A stretch of 63,750 nt of DNA, counting the filler, from Perkinsus chesapeaki ATCC PRA-425 (lineage: Eukaryota; Protista; Perkinsozoa), in the NCBI GenBank assembly GCA_013115145.1. It is 8 parts of 8 records of this genome, joined end to end, with 100 filler letters (N's around TTAATTAATTAA, not from the genome) between each part and the next. Parts side by side here need not be neighbours in the genome. Positions count along the whole stretch, not along the records: positions 20,773 to 41,884 come from JAAPAO010000601.1; positions 41,985 to 44,130 come from JAAPAO010001664.1; positions 44,231 to 50,570 come from JAAPAO010001093.1; 5 more parts are not named here. The stretch is one strand, 5' to 3'. Below are positions 34,952 to 46,711 of the stretch, one piece after another. The notes under the pieces are model-generated. The model had not been told where the DNA came from and did no database searches. It worked only from the letters and a program-made list of their open reading frames with translations. Each line of letters starts with the position of its first letter. Positions within the stretch are counted from its first letter, which is position 1. The position numbers and the translations under genes are program-made.

Positions 34952-35632
34952 TTGAAAAAGGGCTTCCTCAATGACACTAAAGGTGCCCTCTATGGCGAAT
35001 CTGGAAGCACCGAAGGCATTTTACCGGAGAACGCCGGAGATCCAATGGGGTGGCTGCCGAAGAAATTGCGACAGTCATGCAAGATTGTTGATAGTAAGCC
35101 CTTCTTTGCAGACTTTCATTTAGCACCTGTGAGAACCAAAGGAGCACCCGACTAACGTTCGGTCTACAATTGTTTCATCACTTCTCTTGTAGCCGCCAAT
35201 GTGGCAACTGAGAGTGCGCTGCCGGCCACTACACTCCACAGCGAGCAGTCTGAGATGCAGAAAGAACTCGAAGAAATATTTAACAAGCACTCATATAACT
35301 CCATGTGGTCCGAAGATAAACCGCAAGCAGAGGAACAAGCCAAACCAGTAAGGGGGTTATTTGCCCGCCTCTCAGCCCCGTCATTCATGCGGACTCAGGA
35401 GGCACCTCGAGATCCTGAGGTGACGATGGAGACGGTAGACGGGAAACTGATATGTACGGTCCCAGTTCCGGAGGAGACTGATGTCGCTAGTTTCGACATT
35501 GAGTTGAGCACTCTTGCAATCCGGATAGAAGGTAAGGAGTATCCAATACCAGCGAGAGTAGATGAGACCGCCGCCAAAGCCAAGTTCAGCAAGAAGCGGC
35601 ATGTCATTACACTGACCGCTCCTCTGGTATGA
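34952..35632 (+). CDS. PIH1-like C-terminal CS-domain protein (start uncertain)
   Basis: C-terminus V.VP....VASFDIELS...IRI....YPIPARVDETAAKAKFSKKRHVITLTAPLV is typical of PIH1 CS domains. One intron near 35092-35180. Confidence 0.7.
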
Positions 35633-35741
35633 CTTCTGTGGCACCATGGCTAGTGTATCCCGCTGATGCTATATTGCGTTGCTTTGCAAATAGTAAATTG
35701 ATCCATGCACATCTGCCTGCTAGTTAGCTTGATCGTTCAAT

Positions 35742-37733
35742 ATGCCACGCGAAGTTGTAACGATACAAGTCGGACAGTGCGGAAATCAAATTGGTTGGAG
35801 ATTCTGGGACCTGGTCATCCGAGAGCACTCAGCCGAAGCTCGCCGACGGAAAGCCCAAGGTCAGCCCATAGTGTAGGTATCATCTTATTGCGGTATACGG
35901 AACCTCAAGCTAGATACGATGACAGCATGTCCACCTTCTTTCGGAACGTTGATGCCAACGGTGCAGACATTCCAGCCGGCTCCGATGCCCCCCTCGAGAA
36001 CATGCGCGCGAGAGCTATACTTGTTGATATGGAGCAAGGCGTCATCAATCAGGTGAGAGTGTTTCAGTGGGACCGCGGTGGGATAACCTCACTTAGGTGC
36101 TGAATAGCAAAATTGGCAGCTTGTTCCGTGATCCGAAGAGGCCTAATGATTGTCGCCAGCAACAGTGTGTCACAGATGTCTCCGGTGCCGGCAACAACTG
36201 GGCTCATGGCTACTATGGGTTAGTAACTTCACTGCCTTCGCATATCTACCGGCCTGTTAGGTACGGCTCAACCTATGGTGACTCCGTTATGGAGAAGGTT
36301 CGGTATGCAGTAGAAGCCTGTGACAGCCTTCAAGCCTTCTTCTGCGTCAACTCACTCGGTGGCGGCACCGGCAGTGGTCTCGGCTCGTACATCCTAGAGC
36401 GGCTCGCTGATGAGTGACCAATCCATTCACCTTTCAATGGCAATGCTTGGTCAGGTACGGTTCGAAGGCCTATCGTTTCGTATCGGCCTTGTTCCCTACG
36501 CTCGATGCCGAGGACGATGTGATAACCTCTCCGTACAATGCGATACTGTCCTTGACCAAGTTGAGGGAGAATGCGAGCTGTGTGCTCCCCATCAGTAGGA
36601 CTTCTCATATAGGACGGTGATCATTGCCCGATAGGTAACGACGCCTTGGCCCGCATCGTCAATACCTACAATGCTTCCGCAGCAATGGTGAACGGAACTA
36701 CGCATAGGGATGCTGGAGGTGGCATGTTTGCCAATAAGCAAACCTCGTTCGACGATATGAATTCTATTGTAGCTAGGTAGGCACACCCACTTGTCATTTT
36801 CGCATTGCGCTTCAGGTGCTGGCTGGACCTCACGGCTTCTATGAGGTTCGAGGGATCCCTTAACGTTGATCTCAACGAGATCACGTCCAATCTGGTGCCT
36901 TTCCCCAATACGCACTTTTTGCTGCCAGCCCTCAGTCCCGTCTCTCAACGGTAGCCATCATCAGCCCTTCGCTTCATCACTTTCGGATCTATCACTTTCA
37001 CCGTTGTCAGCTCTAAAGACGTGCGTCTACAACCTCGCAGCTTCGACCATATGTTCTCGGATGCGTTCTTGCCCGGTTCTCAACTTGTTGGATCGGGTGC
37101 CGGAATCGACCCTCGAGCTTCCCTCTCCCTTGCTTCAGCCTTCCTACTGCGAGGTGCTGCGCTTTCACCATCAACTCCGTCCAGATCTATCTCAGGTGAT
37201 TGCTCCTTGAATGACGTGAACAGGAATGTATCCCGAATAAAGAAGACGCTCAATCGCCCGGCTTACCTCGACGACTGCTACAAGATCGGCATTTGTAACG
37301 TATTGCCGACAGCAATAAGCGCAACTGCTGGAAGGGCCAATAACACCGCTTTTCCGCAAGTTCCCCATCCAGCTCTTCAGAATGAATTCCCCATAGGTAC
37401 TCTCTATTGTCTTTGGTAAACAGTTGTGCGATTCGTCCCGTTTTCGAGAAGATGCACGGCAACTTTTGGCGCTTATACAAGCGGAAAGCTCACGTCCACC
37501 ATTACACCGAGCAAGTGCCCCTACCGTTTACTCTTGCCATCACTTTCAATAGGTTCATGGACCAAGGCGTGTTCGATGAAGCACGCCAAACTTTGCGCAC
37601 GATGATGGATGATTATAGTGAGGCGCGTTATACCGACTCTGCCGCCAAGACGGCAGCAATCCAGAAGACGTCGCTCACAGGAATACGTAAGGAATTCGCC
37701 TTTGGTAGGCTGATGCCTCGCATGCTTGTATAA
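35742..37733 (+). CDS. TUBE1: Epsilon-tubulin, multi-exon
   Basis: [88 protein letters not shown]. Confidence 0.95.
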
Positions 37734-37780
37734 AGTTTCACTTCCGACTATATGTTGGTTGATCAATTAAAGTGAAGTGA

Positions 37781-37867
37781 TGTCTCAGAAAGTGTGTAAT
37801 TGATCGGCAGCAGGACATGCCTTACCGAAACGAGGAATTCCAATTTAGACACTTTTCATCATCGACA
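37781..37867 (-). ncRNA. Box C/D snoRNA copy 1 (snR57-like 18S guide)
   Basis: C box ATGATGA (37862-37856), D CTGA (37788-37785), terminal stem TGTC/GACA. 13-nt GGAATTCCTCGTT is antisense to conserved 18S AACGAGGAAUUCC. Confidence 0.88.
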
Positions 37868-37887
37868 AGTGGTTAAGATTCATTGTT

Positions 37888-37975
37888 GCATCTCAGAAGG
37901 TGTGTAACGATCGGCATCGGCTAAAGCCTAACCGAAACGAGGAATTCCAATTTAGACACTTTTCATCATCGATGC
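37888..37975 (-). ncRNA. Box C/D snoRNA copy 2 (same family)
   Basis: C box 37969-37963, D 37896-37893, terminal stem GCATC/GATGC; identical guide block. Confidence 0.88.
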
Positions 37976-37984
37976 TGTGCAGTT

Positions 37985-38080
37985 AGTCTCGTCAGAGATG
38001 TGTGTACTCAATCAGCATGGGGCGGAAACCCTGACTGAAACGAGGAATTCCAATTTAGACACTTTTCATCATTCGGGACT
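37985..38080 (-). ncRNA. Box C/D snoRNA copy 3 (same family)
   Basis: C box 38072-38066, D 37995-37992, terminal stem AGTCCCG/CGAGACT; identical guide block. Confidence 0.88.
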
Positions 38081-38209
38081 TTTTCATTTAGTATTCTACT
38101 AGGCAGGAGTCAAACACCAAGATGTACTCAACGCGACAGCGTTGTTTAGTTTTGGGAAGCACGAAAGTAACCAGTATAAAAACATAGTATTTGAGGAAAC
38201 TCATAAAGC

Positions 38210-40180
38210 TTACAACTCATCGGGAGAGTCGTACTCATCATCATCATAATCCTCATCCTCCTCAGCAGCACCACTGTTATAGTATTTCGAGACGATAGGG
38301 GCGCAAACCTTCTCGACTTCCTTTTGCTGATCCTTGATCTCATCGGGCTCGGCGGTCTCGCCGTTGCTCTCAAGCCAGTCTTCACCATCGCTCACTGCGT
38401 CGAGAACTTCGTTCTTTTCGTCTTCGTCCATCTTCTCACCAAGACCCTTGAAAGAGCCGCTTCCCTCGACCGCGGACCTCATAGCACGGAGATAGCTGTC
38501 AAAGGCGTTCTTAGCATCAAGACGCTCCTTAACCTTCTTATCCTCTTCAGCGTACTTCTCAGCATCCTTGATCATGGACTCAATCTCATCCTCGCTCAGG
38601 CGACCCTTATCGTTGGTGATGGTGATCTTCTCAGACTTGCCAGTGCCCTTATCCTCAGCCTTCACATTAAGAATGCCATTAGCATCGATCTCGAAGGTGA
38701 CCTCAATCTGGGGTTGACCACGAGGAGCCGGAGGAATGCCGGACAACTCGAACTTGCCGAGCTGATGGTTATCCTTGGTCAAAGGACGCTCGCCTTCAAA
38801 CACTTGAATGCTCACAGCGGGCTGGTTATCCTGATAGGTGGAGAAAGTCTGAGACTTCTTAGTTGGGATGACAGTGTTACGGCCAATGATCTTAGTCATA
38901 ACGCCTCCAACTGTCTCGATACCGAGGGTCAATGGAGTGACATCTAACAAGAGAAGATCTTGACTGGCTTCGCCCTTCAAGATACCACCCTGAACAGCTG
39001 CACCGTAGGCAACGGCCTCATCGGGGTTGATGCCACGGTTGGGCTCCTTGCCGTTGAAGAAGTCCTTAATGAGAGCCTGCACCTTGGGAATACGAGTAGA
39101 GCCACCAACAAGGACAACCTCATCGACATCGCTCTTAGCCATACCAGCATCCGAGAGCACAGACTTTACAGGGCCCAAAGTGTTCTTGAATAAATCAGCG
39201 TTTAGCTCCTCGAAACGAGCACGAGACAAAGTCTCAGAGAAATCGATACCATCCATGATATTCTCGATTTCAATACGGACCTGGTGGGTAGACGATAGAG
39301 CGCGCTTAGCCTTCTCGACTTCACGACGAAGCTTGGCGAGTGCACGGGGATCAGTACGAAGATCCTTCTTGTTCTTCTTCTGGAAGACCTTGATAAAGTG
39401 ATCCATTACACGCTGATCGAAATCTTCACCACCGAGATGGGTATCACCAGCAGTAGCGACAACTTCGAATACACCATTATCAATGGTAAGAAGGGACACA
39501 TCAAAAGTACCACCACCAAGATCATACACCAAAATGTTCTCCTCGTTCTTCTTATCAAGACCATAGGCAATAGCAGCTGCAGTGGGCTCGTTAATAATAC
39601 GAAGGACATTCAAGCCAGCGATGGTACCGGCATCCTTGGTGGCTTGTCTCTGGGCATCATTGAAATAGGCAGGGACGGTGATAACAGCGTTCTTGACTTC
39701 ACTTCCCAAGTAGTTCTCAGCGGTCTCCTTCATCTTACCCAAAACCATAGCAGATATCTCCTCAGGATTAAATAGCTTATCCTCACCCTTGACCTCAACA
39801 GAAATCATAGGCTTGTCGTTCTTGTTGACAATCTTATATGGTAGGAGCTTCTTATCACGCTGAACAGTCTTATCATTGTAACGGCGACCGATAAGCCTCT
39901 TAACATCGAAAACGGTGTTATGAGGGTTCACAGGGGCCTCGTTCTTAGCAGCCTCACCCACAAAGCGATCCTCGTCAGTAAAGGAGACGTAGGAAGGGGT
40001 GATACGGTTACCTTGATCGTTGGGGATAATTTCAACACGACCGTTCTTATATACGCCGACACAGGAGTAGGTAGTACCCAAATCAATGCCGACCACGGGA
40101 CCATCAATTTTTTCACCGCTGTCCTTGGCCCCGAGAACAGAGGTTGCCACTAAGGCAAGAGCAGGTAAAAGGAACTTCAT
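38210..40180 (-). CDS. HSPA5: ER Hsp70 chaperone BiP/GRP78, intronless
   Basis: Signal peptide, [12 protein letters not shown], complete Hsp70 NBD/SBD, C-terminal PDEL. Confidence 0.98.
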   Translation of the reverse strand: MKFLLPALALVATSVLGAKDSGEKIDGPVVGIDLGTTYSCVGVYKNGRVEIIPNDQGNRITPSYVSFTDEDRFVGEAAKNEAPVNPHNTVFDVKRLIGRRYNDKTVQRDKKLLPYKIVNKNDKPMISVEVKGEDKLFNPEEISAMVLGKMKETAENYLGSEVKNAVITVPAYFNDAQRQATKDAGTIAGLNVLRIINEPTAAAIAYGLDKKNEENILVYDLGGGTFDVSLLTIDNGVFEVVATAGDTHLGGEDFDQRVMDHFIKVFQKKNKKDLRTDPRALAKLRREVEKAKRALSSTHQVRIEIENIMDGIDFSETLSRARFEELNADLFKNTLGPVKSVLSDAGMAKSDVDEVVLVGGSTRIPKVQALIKDFFNGKEPNRGINPDEAVAYGAAVQGGILKGEASQDLLLLDVTPLTLGIETVGGVMTKIIGRNTVIPTKKSQTFSTYQDNQPAVSIQVFEGERPLTKDNHQLGKFELSGIPPAPRGQPQIEVTFEIDANGILNVKAEDKGTGKSEKITITNDKGRLSEDEIESMIKDAEKYAEEDKKVKERLDAKNAFDSYLRAMRSAVEGSGSFKGLGEKMDEDEKNEVLDAVSDGEDWLESNGETAEPDEIKDQQKEVEKVCAPIVSKYYNSGAAEEDEDYDDDEYDSPDEL

Positions 40181-40917
40181 CGATATAATCGACTAAATAC
40201 TTTAAACATTTAGCAATAGCTACCGTTGCAAGCCGAGAGCTTCGACAGTCGCGCGCGCCCTGCTAATCGATTTAGATTCCGTCAGACTCCGTCTTGTGCT
40301 GCTTCGTTCATTGGGGGAAACGTTTGAGGAGGGACAGTGGCATCTCGAGTGGATGCGGTGAATTAGCCGTACTTGATAGGCTGTGATATTTTATAATTGG
40401 TGCTAGAGGCATTATATAGTTGAGAGAGGGCAGCCATAGCATTTGCGGTCTGAGTATCTGCCGTGGTACCCAACAACAACAAGCGGTATTGCTCACAAAG
40501 GCTGCTTATTGCAGTCCTTTATATTGATTGCTGTACGGAAACACGCCTCAGTGTATTATAAATGACGGCATTCTGCCATCCTACTAATAGTATTTGACGT
40601 ATTAGATCTCCTACAGGTTCTCAGCCTCCTCAGCTGTTCAGTTCTTGCGAGCCACGGGCTCAAGCCGGTAGCGTTTCCTGCACTCGTTATGTAAACGTTT
40701 TAACATTGCCCTTGTGGTTTGCGTAATAGTGGTGTCAGAATCCTCATGGGCTTAAGTGTCGTCGGGATTAGCGTTTATCGAGCTATTTCAGTTGTTTTAT
40801 ATAGTGTGTCTTGAGGCACCTCGAACTGCTGCAACTTGGTCCCTCCAACCTGCTCAGTATGACTTCCTCGGGTAAGTGTGCGATTGATTACCGCTGCGCC
40901 ACGAAATACGATTCGAT

Positions 40918-41371
40918 TTGGTTTGTATTTGCCGACCCTCAGAGGACCGTATAATGATGTACTACATTAACCTCATTGCCGAGTCCGAGCGGCGGGAGAA
41001 AGAGCAACAACAACAGCAAGCCCGCTCCAGGGACGCTCATAAAGGGTCATCTGATAGAGGCTCTGTGGAGCGTCGACGGAAGATACTGCCTAGCGAAAGC
41101 GGCGGTGGTTCAGTTACAAGTGATCGGTAAGTGAATGACATAGTGGCTGATATAAACGGTATATTTCAGGGGGCTAGTGCAAAAGAAGAATCGCAGTGAG
41201 AAGAGCAAGAAGGACAAAAAGAGGAAGCATTCGACGTCCTCACCAACGAAGTCTAAGAAGGCCTCAAAGCGAAAGCGCCCTCGGCAGCCCGAGGCGTCCT
41301 TGCTCCCTTCTACATCATCTGATGGTGGCAACTTCGTTGATGATGAAGAGCTTCTAATTGAACGAAGGTAG
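40918..41371 (+). CDS. Hypothetical protein exons, charged/Lys-rich low complexity (part of a larger unresolved gene)
   Basis: Exons joined by GTAAG...TTCAG intron; KKDKKRKH-type basic tract. Confidence 0.35.
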
Positions 41372-42359
41372 TAGAGGTTCAATCTCGCACTGTTGTGGAC
41401 CGATCCACTCTGATCAGGTCAACCCGGAATAAATTTGCCGTGGACGACTCTCCGAGCCTCGAGGAGGAGCTTCACCCGAAAATCGTCACAATATCATCAG
41501 GCGAACTCCGTGACGATCGGCAGTCATCGTAATACGGTTTCCTGAGGCACTCTGTCCTTGGCTCACTGCTCGTGTTTCAGGGACCGTAGTAAAGGTCGAA
41601 AGGAGAAGGCTGATCGAGGGCGAAGATCGAAGGTAGAGGGAGGCCCTTAAGGGAACTCGACCGCATCTGTCTTCTAGTCTTCGGATGGTGAGAGCGAGTT
41701 CGACCATTCCAGTGGGAAGCGACGGAGGAGGCGGCGACGTAGACTTCGAATTGAAGATGCTTCTAGTAGCGATTACGACGAAGATGATGGAGCGAGTAGT
41801 GCTAGTACTGGGAGGAGCAGAAGGAAGAAGAAAACGGTAGAAGGGGGAAGCATTGTTGATGACATTCACGCTGCTCTCAGGCGGNNNNNNNNNNNNNNNN
41901 NNNNNNNNNNNNNNNNNNNNNNNNNNNNTTAATTAATTAANNNNNNNNNNNNNNNNNNNNNNNNNNNNNNNNNNNNNNNNNNNNCCTCTTCTATACTACA
42001 TGCACTATAATAAGCTCCACCACCAAGGGAATGATACACATCACCACCATCTACTTCAGAACAACAACAACACGATAATAACTGTTCGAGGTCTCATTCT
42101 CGACGCTTCTCATCCGAGCAATTCACCTGAACGTAGGGGCCAAATTACGAACGAACACACAAGCTGGTTTGAAAAAAAATTAAAAAATTAGAAGTAGGTT
42201 CGTGTGCGAGTAGGAAAGATTATTAAAAGAGAAGTGCAAGTAAGATGTCGGCGCCGCAGGCGCCGATGGACTTACTAGTATTTTATGGGGCGAAAAAGTG
42301 TTTTTGGGGCGAGCGGAGTTTTTTTCGGGTGCCGGTAGCATTTTCCGGGGACCGGAAAG

Positions 42360-43330
42360 CATATCCCGACAGACTGAGCAAATACAAAGCTTCGCTCCGC
42401 TCACTCTTTTCAAAACCTCCAAATCCTCGTGGAGCTTCTCCTTCATTTTATGCATCGCTTCGTCAGCTTCCTTCGCCTTGACTTTCTGTCCCTCCAACCA
42501 GCCGCTCAACGCACCGTTGCTGTCCTCTTGATGAGTGGCTTGGACATACTCCTGAAGAAATGAATGACAAGGAGACAGAGTCAACAAGGTATTGTATTGT
42601 GTTGGACAAGACAGAGCCGGCTGATGATCTAGCATCGTCAGCATATTCAATCACCCACAGGTTCTTGTTGTCCAAGTACCAGTCTACGATACTTCACCTA
42701 CTCTACACTTTCCAAACTCCTACTCGCTGGAGCACGCACGCCTAGCCAGAAAAAAGTGCGCGTCTTTCGGGAATGTTGAAATTAACTTCATCGAAAAGGT
42801 CCACCTACGTACACTCCCAGATAGAGTATATTCAACATAAGCTGATCGTTTATATAAGACCAATGCATCACTTCGTAACTTTCCCTCCCCACAGCAGCTC
42901 ACGTTGTGAATCTTCTCATTATCGGCAGCCACTTCCTTTCGATGTCCTTCAACGCTTCCGTCTCCTTCTCAGGATCCTAGTGCAGCACACCGTTGCCTGT
43001 CTGGAGAAGACTCTCCGTCCCAGCGCTCGCGTCCAGCTTAGCCTGTATGTCCTTCGCAGCATCAGTCTGAAAGGTGCCCTCACCGAGATTCGAACCTGTG
43101 CCCTCTTTCCCACCTCTTCCCGCGAGAAGGCCATGATATCGTGCTTCAATTTCTTCATAGTGTCATCAAAGTCGTGCTGCAAATGCTCCACATCTCGCTG
43201 GTCCTTCTTCACCTTCTCGTTCGCCTAACCAACAATTGCCTCTCCGAATCCCCGTCGCCGCCGGTCATTCTACGGCCACGCTAGCGAAGTTGATGCCCTT
43301 CTGGAGAAATGGACTCTTCGGAATATCCGT
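42360..43330 (-). CDS. Hypothetical coiled-coil protein, multi-exon (bounds approximate)
   Basis: Helical exons (MKKDQRDVEHLQHDFDDTMKKLK; KAKEADEAMHKMKEKLHEDLEVLKR). Confidence 0.4.
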
Positions 43331-44546
43331 CATCAACTATATAAAGTTGAAATTGGTTATGGCTAGAATTAGTATTATGGGATTGAACCCACGGTGTTTA
43401 CTAAGCTGCCGGAGGCCTCCTAAGAAGAATAGCGGCAAAGCCATTCGGTTTCAACTTCACCACGGACCGATGCCCATTAGTAAGCACACTACCGTGCAAG
43501 AGGGGCTAATCAGTGGCGAGTCCGGACATGCCCATTTCATGGAGCCTTTGTACGGACCAAAATGAAATCCATGTTGATCCGGTCCGGTTACTGGACCAGT
43601 TTAGGAGAGCGGAGCAGGGGCTTCGCAGTGAAACGGGGATTCGAAATGACCTGCGTGAATCTCGCCCCAAGTACGAGCGCAAAAACACTGATTGTTGACA
43701 GCTGTATTCTGGCGTTTGTTGACAGAGTGAGCACTGACAGTGTTGGCCGTATTACCGCCCGTGCTGGTAACTATCCAGCACGGGCGGTAATTATTATTAT
43801 AATTATTGTGATAATTATTCAGCATTATTATCCGATAATCCAGTGGATAGTTCCAACTGTAAGTGTGCATGACGGGAACCAACTGTTAAAAAGAGTATCT
43901 CTTCGAGGGGCGTAATCTCTCAAGGACGATAACAATGGCTTACCTTTTTCGTTCACAAATTCCTAGTGTGAGAGAAGAGATAGCGCATCAAGTGATCGAT
44001 GGTCCAAAGGTGGAATACAGCCCAAAATAGGATATTTTCGAAAAATTCTTGGTCCGCCGCTTCGACAGTTAGAACGGTCTGCCAAGAACTTTCTTCTGAC
44101 AGGCAACTCGTCGCGCGTAGCGCAAAATAANNNNNNNNNNNNNNNNNNNNNNNNNNNNNNNNNNNNNNNNNNNNTTAATTAATTAANNNNNNNNNNNNNN
44201 NNNNNNNNNNNNNNNNNNNNNNNNNNNNNNAACCCGAGCTCGGAAAACGCCCTTTTCCGAGTACTTGGACTCGGAAAATCGAGCACTTTAATTGGCTCCA
44301 GGACTATGGAGGCTCCATAATGGAGCATCCTATTATTCGGGCGAAGTCGTGATTGATACGTCGATTAATACTATCGGTAGACGACGATTACCGTCTCTGA
44401 TAACACAATCCCGATACAGGCTCCATACAAACCAGCGCCAATACACCTTGTGTACGCGTGTGCACGTAGCTGGAGTCCAGCTGCTGGACCCCGGCCGACT
44501 ACAACAGCAAATGAATGTAAAGAAGCCATAGAGTTGCTTTATTCTC

Positions 44547-46711
44547 ATGTCAAGCAAGAGACAAGTGGTATTGAGTAGTGCGGCACTCTGTGCAACAGGC
44601 ATTGCAGCTATCTTAATAGCTAAGTGTATCAAGGCCCTATTGAAAACTTCAGAGAAGCTCCCATTTTCTGGCCCAAAGGTGCTTGGTTACCTTGTTGTTC
44701 GATACGCTTCCCTCAGGGGCTTCCTCTGATTGGTGTAGCATCCCAGCTCAGTCCTAATACCGCGGTGCGTAAAATGAGTATGTGGTGTGACATGTATGGA
44801 GGAACATGTGCCTTCTGGTAAGTGGGAAAGTTGGCATGATCATTAGAGTAGGGTGTCTTCAGGGTGTTCTCAACTCCATTTATCGTCACATCCAACATAC
44901 ACACTATTAAAGAGATTATGCTTGAGACGACCAAGACCTATTCCTTGGAGATCAGCAATTCTGGCATCATGGAAGATCTGGGTACAGACTGTCTTTTCAC
45001 ATCGGATGGAGATAACTGGAAGATGCATCGCCGAGCGACTGCCCCAGCCTTCAATGCAAAGAATGTCGACGAGATGCTGTCAACCATCTCACTAGTTGCT
45101 CACCGTCTAGTAGGGCGCTCGCAATAGATTTACAATAACCTGCAATAATCTCAGATAAAGGCGATCCAGAAAAGGGGTGAGCGGAAGGGAGGCGATAAAG
45201 TAGAAATCGATGCTTTACACTGGTTCCGCCTCACTACACTTGATGTTATCTTCGCTGTGTCCCAGGGGAAGGATTGGAACCTACTTAGCGATGAAAGCAA
45301 GACTATTGACTCAGAAACGACTCCTTCAATGAGTACCTATTCAGGCTACGAAAGTAACGAGGTCGTTAGAATGGTGAGTGAACTCCTTCACGGGTTCGCC
45401 TTTCTCATGATGAACTCGGGTATGGGTCCATTGATTCGAAATAGATTCCCGTGGAACCTCAACCCTCGCGTACGGAGAGTAAGTCCTTCTACGTGAATAG
45501 ACTTTGGCGAACGTGTGAACACTTCTTCAATCAGGCATACGCTCGTGTTAGTAAGGGTGTGGAGTTTACCAGAAGAGTTGTTCAGAAGAGGGAAGCTGAG
45601 ATTGAAGCTGGACAAAGACTCAAGGATAATATCCTGGATAAACTCATATCATCTGGTTCACATGAAGTGGAAGGAAATCTAATAGGGTAGTCCAATATTA
45701 TCCCATCATGATCGAACCGTGCGACAATCTTTCCAACAGATGCAGGTCGCCTACAAAAATACTGCTTCCGTTCTTATTCTTCTCATAAAACCGAGATACA
45801 GTTCAATCAGGATTTCGATCAAAGACTCATTTTTCCAACTGTTCGTCGCATACGTGCAGCTGAGTTAGCTAACTTCGCTTGGAATGTTTACAATCTAAAC
45901 TATAAATTCGTAAGCTCAATCATCGATCGTAAAAGGTGACCTGCAATGAAATAGTACAGTAAGCATGACGGGGATGTTACCAGTATATCAGATGTCTGTA
46001 GCTCCTTTCAACAAATTTATATCGTCAGGTTTATAGCTGGTGGAAGTGAGACCGTTGCAACTTCCCTTGCTTGGCTAACCTTTATGTTTTGTAAGTATCC
46101 CGAGATCCAAGCCAAAGCCCGGGCCGAAGTTATGTCATTGGGACATGATCCAGGAACAGCAGATGACCTTATCAAACTCCCCTACATTGAAGCGTGTGTT
46201 TTGGAAAACATAAGAGTAGCATTTCGCATCGATAGAGAAGTCTGGTTATCATGCTTCGCGAAGGTACAGCCTGTCGGCCAGAGCCTTCCAAGGATCAATG
46301 TGAAATCGACCACGAAGATTCTTGGTAATGATATCCCAGTGGGGGCTGTTGTGATCATGCTAATCGGCCATAGCCTCATTCAACCATGTTGTGGTGGAAG
46401 AGAGTTTAAGTGAGTTGATGATATAGACCCCGATTAAATATCTCTGAGAGTTCACACTTCTTAGGCCTGAAAGATGGTTAGACAACGATGGAAGAGTGGA
46501 CATGAAGTTACTGCATGATATCCCCATTTTTGGTATAGGCCCCAGGTCTTGTCCAGGACAACTTCTGGCAATAAAACAGATTATGATTATTATTAGCACG
46601 CTTTTGCGTCATTCTCACACTATGCGTATAAGTTCAAATGCCGAAGTTGGTACTAAGGTAGATATTACCAGGACACCAACTAATTTTCATCTTCAGCTGG
46701 ATCTTAAGTAA
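44547..46711 (+). CDS. Cytochrome P450, multi-exon
   Basis: N-terminal anchor and P-rich GPK|GLPLIG, C-helix WKMHRR, I-helix AGGSET, K-helix ENIR, PERW, haem motif FGIGPRSCPG. Confidence 0.95.

Noticed and set aside
37781-38080. CRISPR-like appearance (constant ~38-nt block with variable spacers)
   Set aside because: Eukaryotic context, no cas genes; the constant block is a C box plus rRNA guide within C/D snoRNAs.
38324-40153. Plus-strand ORFs over BiP (and similar ones over RPLP0 and the sHSP-like gene)
   Set aside because: Antisense shadows of strongly codon-biased genes.
40211-40226. ACGGTAGCTATTGCTA upstream of BiP as an SL relic
   Set aside because: Needs several gaps and mismatches and lacks the terminal AG; indistinguishable from chance by eye.
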